DNA from: Pirellulales bacterium
GTDB taxonomy: Bacteria; Planctomycetota; Planctomycetia; Pirellulales; JAICIG01
DNA length: 64,000 nt
Direction: 5' to 3'
Assembly: GCA_040901675.1 (NCBI GenBank)
Contig: JBBDYJ010000020.1
Coordinates: 32,001 to 96,000 of the forward strand
Shown here: positions 40,143-49,518 of the stretch, piece by piece
Position numbering within the stretch: the stretch's first letter is position 1
Layout: every line of letters starts with the position of its first letter
Notes under the pieces: model-generated
Told to the model about the DNA's origin: nothing
Database searches by the model: none
What the model saw: the letters and a program-made list of their open reading frames with translations, nothing else
Position numbers and translations under genes: made by a program

Positions 40143-41495
40143 ATGCTGTCATCTCTCACCTGGCTGGCGCTTTTAACAAGCGCGCCGGCGGACGATGCCG
40201 CGCTGGCGGCCGGCACGCAGTTGGTGTTCCAGGGCTCGGTGGCGCAGGTCCAAGCGGACCGCTCGCTGGCTGAACCGGCCAAATCGTTCGACCTGACGAT
40301 GCTGGCGGCACCAGGCGATGAACCGGGCAGCCGCCTGTTCTGGCTGGTCGAAGAGCGTGGACAGGGCGCCTGGCCTTGGGCCGAACGATTCGGCCTCGTC
40401 ACGCTGGACGAACAAGCCAACCCGGTCGGCCATCCCGGACCCAGCCTGCTCTACGATTATGGCGACGGCAAGAGCATCGTGGCGCTGCCGCCGCCGCTGT
40501 TGATCGCCGGCAGGCCGCTCGCCGAGGGAGCTGCCTGGGAGTCTGAAGGGCTGCGATACGAGGTGGCCCAGCGCGAGACGATCGGCGAGCGGGCCGTGTG
40601 GCCGATCCAGGTTCACAACCGCTTCGGCCACCAGCGCACGCTGTGGGTGGACGACCGCTCGCTCGTGGTTCAACTCGAAGAGCGGGTGTTCATGAACCAG
40701 GGCACCGAGCACCGGCTCCAGTGGCGATTGCTGGGAAGCGAGCGCTTGAGCGACGAACAGCTTGCCGCCGCCTTGGCCGGTTTCGAGGCGATGACCGGCC
40801 TGCGCGCCCGCCTCAACCGACCAGCCCGGACCGAGAGCGATGCCTGGACCAGCGAAGAACGGGGCGTCCTGGCCGAGCACCTGCCGCAGGTCGAAAAGCT
40901 TGCCGGCAGCGGGCCGCTGGCAAAACTGGTCCGGGCCGCCGTGCGCGACCTGGAACTGCAATCGGGCCGGGCCGACGCCGTGGGCCAGTTGCGAGACAAG
41001 TATCAGGGCAGCCAGGTCCCGCGATTCACCGCCGGCTCCGGCCGCGACAGGCTTGCCGACTCGGATCTGGCCGGGCAGGCGACGCTGTTGCACTTCTGGG
41101 ACTACCGGCACGAGCCGCTCGAAGAGCCCTATGGCCAGGTCGGCTACCTGGAATACCTGTACGCCCGGCACAAGGCTGCCGGCCTCAAGATATACGGCAT
41201 CGCCGTCGACGGCCGGTTGAACGATGAGGCGACCCGCCCAGCGGCGGTGGCCGGCGTCCGCAAGCTGAAGAGCTTCATGAACCTTAGCTACCCGATCGTG
41301 TTCGACGGCGGCGAGTTGCTCAAGCAGTTCGGCGATCCAAGGATCGTGGGGGCCGCGCTGCCGCTGTTTGTCCTGATCGCTCCGGACGGCAAGATCGTCC
41401 ACTACCACGTCGGCTATTACGATGTCGACCAGCAGCAAGGACTGAAAGAGCTCGACGCCCTGGTCGGTGAGCTGCTCAAGAAGAAGTCGCCGTAG
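40143..41495 (+). CDS. Secreted protein with C-terminal TlpA/redoxin-like domain lacking CxxC
   Basis: LLHFWDY, IYGIAVD, YPIVFD, LPLFVLI.PDGKI. Confidence 0.78.
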   Translation: MLSSLTWLALLTSAPADDAALAAGTQLVFQGSVAQVQADRSLAEPAKSFDLTMLAAPGDEPGSRLFWLVEERGQGAWPWAERFGLVTLDEQANPVGHPGPSLLYDYGDGKSIVALPPPLLIAGRPLAEGAAWESEGLRYEVAQRETIGERAVWPIQVHNRFGHQRTLWVDDRSLVVQLEERVFMNQGTEHRLQWRLLGSERLSDEQLAAALAGFEAMTGLRARLNRPARTESDAWTSEERGVLAEHLPQVEKLAGSGPLAKLVRAAVRDLELQSGRADAVGQLRDKYQGSQVPRFTAGSGRDRLADSDLAGQATLLHFWDYRHEPLEEPYGQVGYLEYLYARHKAAGLKIYGIAVDGRLNDEATRPAAVAGVRKLKSFMNLSYPIVFDGGELLKQFGDPRIVGAALPLFVLIAPDGKIVHYHVGYYDVDQQQGLKELDALVGELLKKKSP

Positions 41496-41817
41496 ACAAC
41501 AGCTTCGCCAGCGCCTCGTTGCCCGACATGCCCGGCTCGATGCCCAGCCGCCGTGCCTGCTCGCTCACCGCCACGATGCGGGCATCGTACAGGTCTTCAG
41601 GTTCGACCAGCGGCCTGGCGGGCGTCCCCTTGGCTATGGCCACCGCCATGCCGAACTCGCCGGCCACCTGCACGTCGAAGATGCCGCAACCCACCATGCC
41701 CCTGGCCGTGTGGATTGCGCAGTATTGCCCGCCCTGCCAGCGATAGCTGGCGCCGATCGCATCGCCATGCGGCGTGTGAATCGTTCGCTGGTTCGCCTGG
41801 GGAAGTGCCGCCGTCAT
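41476..41817 (-). CDS. YunC/DUF1805 family protein
   Basis: GMVGCGIFD, A..LGI.PGMSG.EAL; start trimmed to MTAALP. Confidence 0.8.
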   Translation of the reverse strand: MTAALPQANQRTIHTPHGDAIGASYRWQGGQYCAIHTARGMVGCGIFDVQVAGEFGMAVAIAKGTPARPLVEPEDLYDARIVAVSEQARRLGIEPGMSGNEALAKLLSTATSS

Positions 41818-41884
41818 CGAAGATCGCCCTTTCAAACAATTGCCACTTTTGCAACCGCCACCCACGACGATTATCATCCAAAGC

Positions 41885-42391
41885 ATGACGCCCTGCCAGA
41901 GTCGATCGCCGACGCCGCGAGCCGAGCCAACCGGCCGGAGCTGGGCCGTGCGGGGCAGGCAGCCGGCCCCGCTCCATCCGGCCGCCGCCCGGCAAAGGCA
42001 CTGGCTGATCCTGGGCCTCTCGCTGGCCGTGGCCGCCATGGCCTTCTTGCTGGAGGTGCGACCGGACCAGCGCGTGGCCTTACGCGGCCTGCCGCAATGG
42101 CCGTTGCCTCACTCGTGCTTCTCACGCATGCTGGCTGGAGTTTCCTGCCCCGGCTGCGGTCTGACGCGAAGCTTTGTGCACCTGGCGCATGGCGACTGGC
42201 GGGCCTCCGTCGAGGTGCATCGCCTGGGATGGCTGTTGGCCGCGGCCATGGTAGCGCAGTTTCCGTACCGGTTGTTTGCGCTGGCGCGGGGCGTGCGGCG
42301 CGACTCCAGCGGCCGATGGGCCGAGTGGTTCGGCATCGGGCTGGTGGTGTTGCTGCTGGCCAACTGGCTTGCCGGGCTGGCGGGGATTTAA
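41885..42391 (+). CDS. DUF2752 family membrane protein
   Basis: C......G..CPGCGLTRSF..L.HGD. Confidence 0.85.
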   Translation: MTPCQSRSPTPRAEPTGRSWAVRGRQPAPLHPAAARQRHWLILGLSLAVAAMAFLLEVRPDQRVALRGLPQWPLPHSCFSRMLAGVSCPGCGLTRSFVHLAHGDWRASVEVHRLGWLLAAAMVAQFPYRLFALARGVRRDSSGRWAEWFGIGLVVLLLANWLAGLAGI

Positions 42392-42412
42392 AGAGGAGCC
42401 CGCTCCGCGTGA

Positions 42413-42541
42413 CCCGAATTCTGGGTAGCAGGACTCGCCAGAGTTCTGCTGCAGTTAAAAGCGGCCCGAACTCTGGGTAGAGGACTTGCCAGAGTTCTGG
42501 TGGAGCGGAAAGCGGGCCCGAATTCTGGCGAATCCGGCTAC
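42413..42541. repeat. GTAG-type REP cluster, family B (two direct copies at 52-bp period plus one inverted)
   Basis: GTAGCAGGACTCGCCAGAGTTCTG, GTAGAGGACTTGCCAGAGTTCTG, CCCGAATTCTGGCGAATCCGGCTAC. Confidence 0.82.
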
Positions 42542-43341
42542 GGACGTGGATATGCACGCGTGATGGCGAGGACCTGGTCGAGGACGTGGCCGTTGGTGGC
42601 GACGGCTTCGCCGGCGTGCATGGTGCGATGACCCTGCCAGTCGGTAAACGTGCCGCCGGCTTCTTCGAGGATCGGTTGGATGGCGGCGCAGTCCCAGAGG
42701 TTAACCACCGGGTCGAGCATCAACTCCGCTCGTCCCGTGGCCACCAGCACGTATCCGTAACAATCGCCCCAGGTGCGTGCCAGCCGGCAGGCCGATTCCA
42801 ATTGGGCCAGCGCCGGCCGCCGTCCGGGGCCGTCGTAGGCGGCCAGCTCCGAGGTGCAAAACAAGGCGTCGGCCAGGCTGGTCTTGTCCGACACGCGGGC
42901 CTGGCGCGTTTCCATGCCGTCCCGAGCGCACCAGGCCCCCTGCCCTGCCGCGGCATACACCGATTCTCCCAGCGCGGGCAGGTTGATCACGCCGATCACG
43001 CTCTGGCCGTCGAATTCGACGCCGATGAGCGTGCCATACAAGGGCACGCCGGAGACGAACGATTTCGTGCCGTCGATCGGATCGAGGATCCAGCGAAAGC
43101 CGCTCGTGCCATCCCGGCTCGGCAGCTCCTCGCCCAGGATGGCGTCGGATTTGAAGCGGCCTTCGATCCGCTCGCGCAAGCGCTGCTCGGCCTTCCGATC
43201 GGCGACCGTGACCGGGGTCTGGTCCGGTTTCAGCTCGACCTGGTAGTTGCCGCGCCGAAAGAACTCCAACGTGATTGCGCCGGCTTCCTCGGCGGCCGCC
43301 AAAGCCAACTCGAGCCGCGGCAGTAGTTCCGTCTGCAGCAT
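42538..43341 (-). CDS. hisN: Histidinol-phosphatase, inositol monophosphatase family
   Basis: PVTVADR, GEE, WILDPIDGTKSF, WGDCYGY, WD.AA. Confidence 0.85.
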   Translation of the reverse strand: MLQTELLPRLELALAAAEEAGAITLEFFRRGNYQVELKPDQTPVTVADRKAEQRLRERIEGRFKSDAILGEELPSRDGTSGFRWILDPIDGTKSFVSGVPLYGTLIGVEFDGQSVIGVINLPALGESVYAAAGQGAWCARDGMETRQARVSDKTSLADALFCTSELAAYDGPGRRPALAQLESACRLARTWGDCYGYVLVATGRAELMLDPVVNLWDCAAIQPILEEAGGTFTDWQGHRTMHAGEAVATNGHVLDQVLAITRAYPRP

Positions 43342-43353
43342 GGGATGATTGCG

Positions 43354-43752
43354 CTATTTGGGTTCCAACAAATGTGCCAGCTTGACGGCGGCCAGCTCGC
43401 GGCGGGTGTTGGCGGTTATGCTTTCAAGCACCTGGCACAGACGCGACTGCGAAGCCTGGCTCAACCCCCTGCCGGCCGGCACTACGCTGGCCAACGGACC
43501 GTCGATTGCTTCGATCACCTCCAGGAGCGAGATCTGGTCCGCCGGGCGCTGCAGGCTGTAGCCGCCGTCGACGCCGCGCGTCGACTGCAGGATGCCGTGC
43601 GTGACCAGGTTGCGCAGAATCTGCAGCAGGAAACGCTCCGGCATCTGGCCCTCGGCGGCCAGCCGGCTGCAAGGAACCGGTTTGCGGCCTGCAGCTTGGG
43701 CAAGCTGAACCGTGGCTTGCAAGGCGTAGGCAACAGTGCGCGACAACCGCAT
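43354..43752 (-). CDS. Rrf2 family transcriptional regulator without the IscR Cys triad
   Basis: YAL, FLLQIL, STRGVDGGY.L, ISLLEVIEAIDG. Confidence 0.92.
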   Translation of the reverse strand: MRLSRTVAYALQATVQLAQAAGRKPVPCSRLAAEGQMPERFLLQILRNLVTHGILQSTRGVDGGYSLQRPADQISLLEVIEAIDGPLASVVPAGRGLSQASQSRLCQVLESITANTRRELAAVKLAHLLEPK

Positions 43753-43897
43753 GGTCGGCGCCTCCCTGCCTTCGACTCTGCTCGCTCAATCGTCTGAACC
43801 GCCCTCACGGACCAGCAGAATTATGCGCCTGCCCGCGCCGGATTGCTAACCAAATCTGAACACTTTTCCATCCGGGTCGGCTTTTTCGGGGGGGTAG

Positions 43898-43929
43898 AGA
43901 AGGCAGAAGGATGAAGGCAGAAGGCAGAA
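43898..43929. repeat. Heptamer array (GAAGGCA-like x4)
   Basis: AGAAGGCAGAAGGATGAAGGCAGAAGGCAGAA. Confidence 0.75.
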
Positions 43930-43995
43930 TCAAACACGGACTGGGGCACGCTAACGCTTGACATAGGCGCGCGGGGTGGGCCGAGGGGCCGACGC

Positions 43996-44514
43996 TCAGG
44001 CCTCCGCGCGGGTGGCCTCGCTTGGCTCGGCAAGGTGCTGGGGGTCGCCGCGGGCGTGCCATAAGAGCAGGGCGGCCCCGATTACGAGCAGGCTGTCGGC
44101 AATGTTGTAATTGGGCCACTTCCAATCGGGGAGGCCCATGAGAATCCAGTCGCGGACTCCCCCGATCGCCAGGCGATCATACAAGTTACCCAGAATGCCA
44201 CCGGTCACCATGGCCAAGGCCAGCGTCAGCAGGCGGTCGATGGCGGCCCGGGCCACAAACAGCCAATAGAGGATGAAGACCAAGGCCACTACCGACAGGC
44301 CGGCGAACAGCCACGTCAAGCCCTGGCCCATCCCGAACAATGCCCCTTTATTCAGGCTGGTTTGAAAGCCGAGATAGTCCTCCCACAGCCACCAAACCTC
44401 ACCCCCCAGCGGCACTCTGGCGAAAACCCAGCTTTTGGTGGCCAGATCGGCCAACGAGCCGGCGGCGGCCACGGCGGCGAACAGCAAATACCGGCCTGCG
44501 GGAACGAACCTCAT
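43996..44514 (-). CDS. lspA: Lipoprotein signal peptidase II
   Basis: D..TK, NKGALFG, GNLYDR, VRDWI, YNIAD. Confidence 0.93.
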   Translation of the reverse strand: MRFVPAGRYLLFAAVAAAGSLADLATKSWVFARVPLGGEVWWLWEDYLGFQTSLNKGALFGMGQGLTWLFAGLSVVALVFILYWLFVARAAIDRLLTLALAMVTGGILGNLYDRLAIGGVRDWILMGLPDWKWPNYNIADSLLVIGAALLLWHARGDPQHLAEPSEATRAEA

Positions 44515-44563
44515 GCCAGCCACGCGAATGGGTGCCGTTGCAGCCGGGTCCGACGCTGCCGGT

Positions 44564-44935
44564 TCAGCCGCGTTCGAGCTGGCCCGCGCACTTGACGCAC
44601 AGGGCGACGTAGGCGATGGCGTTGAGCCGGGCCTTGGGGATCTTGACGCCGCACTCCTCGCATTGGCCATAGGTTCCATCCTCGATGCGTTCCAATGCCA
44701 GTTCGATGGCCTCCAGGGTATCCTCCTCGTTTTCCATCAAGCTGAGCGTAAACTCCTGCTCGTAGTTGTCGCTGCCAAGATCGGCCATGTGGATCGGCAT
44801 GCTCGAAATCTCGCCGCCACCTTCCATCCGGTTCTTTTTGAGCGCCGCGTCGGCCATCTGGCTCACATCGCCGCGAAGTCGTGCCCTCAAGGCCAGCAGC
44901 CGCTCTTTGTAAACCTTCATCTCGGCCTTCTTCAT
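44564..44935 (-). CDS. TraR/DksA family C4 zinc-finger protein
   Basis: HMAD.GSD, ALERI..GTYG.CEECG..I...RL, LCVKC. Confidence 0.92.
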   Translation of the reverse strand: MKKAEMKVYKERLLALRARLRGDVSQMADAALKKNRMEGGGEISSMPIHMADLGSDNYEQEFTLSLMENEEDTLEAIELALERIEDGTYGQCEECGVKIPKARLNAIAYVALCVKCAGQLERG

Positions 44936-45033
44936 ACGCGAGTTCTCCGGCAGTATCCCTGGATGAGTGCCTCTCATGGTCCACAGACCTGCCATTTTAC
45001 GGTCGATGAAATCGAGAGTCAAACCGCTCAGCC

Positions 45034-45062
45034 TTGAAGGCCGTCAGGGCAGGCCGTAAACT
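45034..45062 (+). promoter_or_regulatory. Sigma70 promoter of thrC-dapB
   Basis: TTGAAG, 17 nt, TAAACT. Confidence 0.6.
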
Positions 45063-45111
45063 ATTTCGGGCCTGCGAGGGGGCCGCGCGTGAAATCGGGA
45101 GACCACCAGCC

Positions 45112-46518
45112 ATTAGCGTCACCACGACCGACCTGGCCTGCCAGAGGTGCATCGCGCCGGCTTGCGGAGCCACCTACTCGATCGACGAGGCCCGCGTCGA
45201 TTGCCGCGTCTGCGGCAGCTTGCTCGACGTGGTGTACGATTGGCAGCGGGCACGGCCTCCGGAATCGTGGCATTTTTTCGAGCAAAAGTGGTCGCAGCGG
45301 CTCGATCCGCTCTGTTTCAGCGGCGTCTGGCGGTTCCGCGAGCTGTTACCGTTTGCCCAGCCGGACCAGATTGTCACCCTCGGCGAGGGGCAGACGCTGC
45401 TGCACCCCTCGGCCGGAGTGGGGCGCTACGTGGGCCTGGAGCCGGGCCGCTTGTATCTCCAGTACGAGGGGATGAACCCCTCGGGCAGCTTCAAAGACAA
45501 CGGCATGTCGGCCGCATTTACCCACGCCCGGATCACCGGGGCGGCGCGGGCGGCGTGCGCCTCGACGGGCAACACCAGCGCCTCGCTGGCGCTGTACAGC
45601 TCGGTGACGCGGCTGATGAAAGCGGTGATCTTTGTCGGGTCGGGCAAGATCTCGTACGGAAAGCTGTCGCAGGCCCTCGACTTCGGGGCCCTGACGGTCC
45701 AGATCGCCGGCGACTTCGACGACGCCATGGCCCGCGTGCAGGAGGTCTCGCAGCAACTGGGCATCTACCTGGTCAACAGCGTCAACCCCTTCCGGCTGGA
45801 AGGCCAGAAGACGATCATGTACCGGGTGCTCGAAGCGCTGGCCTGGGAGGTTCCCGACTGGATCGTGGTGCCCGGTGGCAACTTGGGCAACTCCAGCGCC
45901 TTCGGCAAGGCCTTCACGGAGCTGCGCGAAATCGGCCTCATCGATCGCCTGCCGCGGCTGGCCGTGATCAACGCGGCCGGCGCCAACACGCTGTATGAAC
46001 TGTATCATCGCCGCGGCCTGCGCTGGAACGGCGGGGCGCCGGACCTGGCCCTGTGCGGCTCGTACTACGGCGAACTGGACAGTGCCCGCAAGCGGGCTTC
46101 GACCATCGCCAGTGCCATCGAGATCAATCGGCCGGTCAACCTTTACAAGTGCCTGCGGGGCCTGGAGGTCTGCGACGGGGTGGTCCGGCAAGTGACGGAC
46201 CAGGAGATTCTCGATGCCAAGGCGCAAGTGGGCGCCGGCGGCCTGGGCTGCGAACCGGCCAGCGCCGCCAGCGTGGCCGGCGCCAAACTACTGCGCGGCG
46301 AAGGCGTCATCGCGCCCAGCGACCGCGTGGTTTGCATCCTGACCGGCCACCACCTCAAGGACCCCACCGCCACGGTCGCCTACCATACCACCGACCAGGA
46401 TATGTTCAACAAGGTGATGGGTTCGCGGGGGGTCAAGCGGGCGGCGTATGCCAACCGGGCGGTGGCCGTCTCCAACGACCTGGACGAGATCGTGCGGGCC
46501 ATTCACCTGTACAGTTAA
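45112..46518 (+). CDS. thrC: Threonine synthase, probable ATT start (alternative TTG at 45034)
   Basis: [42 protein letters not shown]. Confidence 0.93.
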   Translation: MSVTTTDLACQRCIAPACGATYSIDEARVDCRVCGSLLDVVYDWQRARPPESWHFFEQKWSQRLDPLCFSGVWRFRELLPFAQPDQIVTLGEGQTLLHPSAGVGRYVGLEPGRLYLQYEGMNPSGSFKDNGMSAAFTHARITGAARAACASTGNTSASLALYSSVTRLMKAVIFVGSGKISYGKLSQALDFGALTVQIAGDFDDAMARVQEVSQQLGIYLVNSVNPFRLEGQKTIMYRVLEALAWEVPDWIVVPGGNLGNSSAFGKAFTELREIGLIDRLPRLAVINAAGANTLYELYHRRGLRWNGGAPDLALCGSYYGELDSARKRASTIASAIEINRPVNLYKCLRGLEVCDGVVRQVTDQEILDAKAQVGAGGLGCEPASAASVAGAKLLRGEGVIAPSDRVVCILTGHHLKDPTATVAYHTTDQDMFNKVMGSRGVKRAAYANRAVAVSNDLDEIVRAIHLYS

Positions 46519-46550
46519 CTTCGGCCGGGCCGCGGCCGACGAGATCGAAC

Positions 46551-47348
46551 GTGAGCACGCGAATCGCCATCCACGGAGCAGCCGGCCGCATGGGCCAGCG
46601 GCTGGTCGCCTTGGCTGCCGCCGACCCGCAGTTCGAAATCGCCGCCGCGTTGGAGAGTCCGCGGCATCCCCGCCTGGGAGAAGACGCGGGCCTGGTGGCC
46701 GGCGCGGGTCCGTTGCAGGTGCCGCTGTCAAGCCAGCTCGACGTTCCGGTCGACGTGGTCGTCGATTTTTCCGTTCCCGCCGGGGCCATGGCCATTACGG
46801 ACGTTTGCCTGGCCCGCCGACTGCCGCTGGTGATCGCCACCACGGGGCTCGACGACGAGCAGTCGGCCCGGCTGCGCTCGGCCGCCGATACGATCCCGCT
46901 GTTGTTTGCCCCCAGCATGAGCCTGGCCGTGAACCTGGCGATGAAGCTTTCGTCCGTGGCTGCCGAGCGCCTGGCCGATCATCCTTCGGGGGTTGACGTG
47001 GAGATCATCGAGCGGCACCACCGCTTCAAGGAAGACGCGCCCAGCGGCACGGCCTTGAAGTTCGGCCAGGTCATTGCGTCGCAGATGGGCCAGGTGCAAG
47101 CGCGGCATGGCCGCCAGGGGAGGCCGGGCGCCAGGCCGCCCGGCGAGATCGGCTACCACGCGGTGCGGGTGGGCGACAATCCGGGGGAGCACACGATCGT
47201 GTTTGGCCTTTTGGGCGAAACGCTGGAGATCACGGTGCGGGCCACCAGCCGCGACTGCTACGCCCACGGCGCCCTGGCCGCCGCTCGCTTCCTGGTCGGC
47301 CAGCCGGCCGGGCTTTACAACATGGACGACGTGATGGGTCTGGAGTGA
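46551..47348 (+). CDS. dapB: 4-hydroxy-tetrahydrodipicolinate reductase
   Basis: GAAGRMG, VDFS, ATTG, ERHHRFKEDAPSGTA; GTG start. Confidence 0.96.
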   Translation: MSTRIAIHGAAGRMGQRLVALAAADPQFEIAAALESPRHPRLGEDAGLVAGAGPLQVPLSSQLDVPVDVVVDFSVPAGAMAITDVCLARRLPLVIATTGLDDEQSARLRSAADTIPLLFAPSMSLAVNLAMKLSSVAAERLADHPSGVDVEIIERHHRFKEDAPSGTALKFGQVIASQMGQVQARHGRQGRPGARPPGEIGYHAVRVGDNPGEHTIVFGLLGETLEITVRATSRDCYAHGALAAARFLVGQPAGLYNMDDVMGLE

Positions 47349-47356
47349 GCGGTGGA

Positions 47357-47389
47357 AAAGGAGGAAGGCGGAAGGAAGAAGGAGGAGTA
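47357..47389 (+). repeat. Purine-rich heptamer array after the dapB stop
   Basis: AAGGAGG AAGGCGG AAGGAAG AAGGAGG. Confidence 0.75.
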
Positions 47390-47425
47390 CGCTCAGCGCA
47401 GGGAGTGGAAGCTTCGCCCGGTCGT

Positions 47426-47791
47426 TCATGGATTGTCTTGAAGCCGGGCGCGCACTTCCGGCAGCGGGTATTCAAGAATGCTCAGCTCGCGGCCACGCAG
47501 CTCGAGCAGCCGGCGCCAACCGCGCGTGACCAGGATCTCGCGCTGGCGGACATAGTCCGGATCGAGCTGGCGCTTGTCGAAGGGCCCTTGAGCGACTACG
47601 GGTTCGAAGCGCTCGTCGACAATGAATTGGGCCAGCGCGGGATTGCAGCGGATGTGGCGCTCGCGCGTGGTGTGGAGCGTCTCTGGATCCACCAGCCCGA
47701 TCACATAGCGCAAATACAGGTCGCTGTCGTCGATCTCTTCGACGTCAGCACCGCAGACATCGCAAAGATAGCCTTCCTCGCATTTGGCCAT
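47426..47791 (-). CDS. Hypothetical protein with putative Zn-binding Cys/His residues
   Basis: MAKCEEGYLCDVCG...HIRC; 121 aa. Confidence 0.78.
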   Translation of the reverse strand: MAKCEEGYLCDVCGADVEEIDDSDLYLRYVIGLVDPETLHTTRERHIRCNPALAQFIVDERFEPVVAQGPFDKRQLDPDYVRQREILVTRGWRRLLELRGRELSILEYPLPEVRARLQDNP

Positions 47792-47905
47792 GCGGCGACC
47801 TGCAAAAGAGAAGGAGGAGTAGGACTGGGTCGGACCCTCCAGCCTACCGCCAACCACCTGCCACTACGAGTCTGATTGAAGACTAGGGCACACTGCGCTT
47901 TGCTG

Positions 47906-47950
47906 ATTCCTCCTTCCTCCTTCCTCCTTCCTCCTTCCTCCTTCATCCTT
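47906..47950 (-). repeat. Heptamer array (AAGGAGG-like x6 on minus) overlapping the ROK stop codon
   Basis: Minus strand AAGGATG AAGGAGG x5; TGA falls at the first unit. Confidence 0.88.
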
Positions 47951-48974
47951 TGCCTTGTGCCAGGGCCAGCGCGCCGTGCACGACCATCTCCTCGCCGAGG
48001 CGCGCGGGCACGATGTCGAACGTCCCGACCAGCGGCGGAAATACGTAGCGGTTGGCGGCCGCCCGCAACGGCTCGAACAGCAGCTTCTCGCCCATCAGCG
48101 CCACACCCCCTCCCACGACGACCACCTGCGGTGACAAGAGCGTGACCGCCTGGGCAATCCCCCAGCCCAGCACCTGCCAGGCATGGTGCAGCGTCTCCAG
48201 GGCCACCAGGTTGTTGTCGGCCGCCGCCTCGGCCAGCATCCGGGCCGTGATCCGCTCCAGGTCGCCGTCGCACCGCCGCCACAGGTCGGCCGCATACTCT
48301 TCCTCCGCCTCCTCCACCTCGATCAGATGTTGCCGCACGTGTTCCGGCTTGAGCGGCTGCGCCCCCGCGCGAAACGCGCCCAGCCGGCGCGAGATCGGAC
48401 CGGCCAGGTGGGCCTGGGCCGCCGCGGCCAGGCCCCAGCCGCTGGCGATCGACTCGACCGTTTCCTCGGGACGATCGGCGTGCAGGCCGGGCCGCAAGTG
48501 GCCGATTTCCGCGGCGCCGCGGCCATGGCCGCGATAGGTTTCGCCATCGACGACGAGGCCGCCGCCGATGCCGGTGCCGACCGTCACGTAGAAGACGGGG
48601 TTGCGTCCACGGCCGGCGCCGAATCGCGCTTCGGCCAAACCGGCCAGATCGGCGTCGTTGCCCAACACCGCTGGCACGCCCAACGTTTCGCGGCACCAAT
48701 TGAGCAGCGGAAAGTCGGACCAGCCTTCGATCTGGTGGCTGCGGACCACGCGGCCGCGGGCACTGTCGACCGGCCCGCCGAAGCCGACCGCCATCCGCTC
48801 GACGCGGTGGCGCTCGATGAGCCCCGGCGCAGCCTGCCGGATCTGGTCGAGGATTCCCGTTGCGCCGAGGGCCGGGTCGACGTCGAGGCGCTTCAGCTCT
48901 ACCAGCGGTGGGCCGTCCCCGCGTCCCACGCCCAACTGCAGCTTGGTTCCGCCGATCTCGAGGCCCAGGAACAT
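47943..48974 (-). CDS. ROK family sugar kinase
   Basis: LEIGGTK, NDAD.A.LAE, TVGTGIGGG, EIGH, VVGGGV; true start MFLG at 48974. Confidence 0.92.
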   Translation of the reverse strand: MFLGLEIGGTKLQLGVGRGDGPPLVELKRLDVDPALGATGILDQIRQAAPGLIERHRVERMAVGFGGPVDSARGRVVRSHQIEGWSDFPLLNWCRETLGVPAVLGNDADLAGLAEARFGAGRGRNPVFYVTVGTGIGGGLVVDGETYRGHGRGAAEIGHLRPGLHADRPEETVESIASGWGLAAAAQAHLAGPISRRLGAFRAGAQPLKPEHVRQHLIEVEEAEEEYAADLWRRCDGDLERITARMLAEAAADNNLVALETLHHAWQVLGWGIAQAVTLLSPQVVVVGGGVALMGEKLLFEPLRAAANRYVFPPLVGTFDIVPARLGEEMVVHGALALAQGKG

Positions 48975-49051
48975 AGTGGTCGGTGGTCGGTGGTTAGTGG
49001 TTGGTGGTTGGTGGTCGGTGGTTGGTGGTTGGTGGTTGGTGGTTGGTGGTT
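48975..49051. repeat. Heptamer array RGTGGTY x11
   Basis: Eleven units fill nearly all the space between the four-helix stop and the ROK start. Confidence 0.95.
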
Positions 49052-49054
49052 GCG

Positions 49055-49474
49055 CTAGCGGTCGTGCGTTAGGGATCGCAGCAGGCCGTTCAAAAGGCGC
49101 GCGGTTTCGTGCAGTGAAACGAGGGCTTCCTCCCTCTTCACCGCGTTGATGTAGCGCAGACGCTCGGCAATCAGGACCTGGGTTTCCGCTTCGCCCAATG
49201 AACCACGCGCAATCGAGAGGAAGCGGCGAAAGTCGGGCGTGGATTCGCGGCACTGTCCTTCAGCGATGTTCGAAGGAATCGACGTAGCGGCTCTGCGGAG
49301 CTGGGCCGTGAGGCCGAACACTTCCTCTTTCGGGAAGCTCGATGTAGTCCGATACACGGTTTCGACGAGGTCCATTGCCTTTTGCCATACGATCAGGTCT
49401 TGAAAGCTTCGAACGGACAGTTCGTTCTCCCATCTTGGTTCGTGGCTAGTGTCAGTCGTTGGCGCTTCATGCAC
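49055..49474 (-). CDS. Four-helix-bundle protein (23S rRNA IVP / Avd-like family)
   Basis: SFQDLIVWQKAM, FPKEE.FGL.AQLRRAA.SIPSNIAEG, F.RFLSIARGS..E.ETQ; start GTG 49474 or CTG 49420. Confidence 0.92.
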   Translation of the reverse strand: MHEAPTTDTSHEPRWENELSVRSFQDLIVWQKAMDLVETVYRTTSSFPKEEVFGLTAQLRRAATSIPSNIAEGQCRESTPDFRRFLSIARGSLGEAETQVLIAERLRYINAVKREEALVSLHETARLLNGLLRSLTHDR

Positions 49475-49518
49475 AGTAATAATAGTAATCGTTGGTCAGC
49501 GGACAGCCATAGCTTCAT

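Noticed and set aside
42413..42541. CRISPR-like repeat-spacer pattern
   Set aside because: Only two direct copies plus one inverted copy; they match dispersed GTAG REPs at 57527-57671.
47943..49253. ROK protein with N-terminal PPTTNHQ repeats
   Set aside because: The extension is read-through of the heptamer array and overlaps the four-helix gene; the ROK fold begins at 48974.
49055..49474. Diversity-generating retroelement (Avd-like gene) or rRNA intervening sequence
   Set aside because: No reverse transcriptase, TR/VR pair or rRNA gene was seen in the window.
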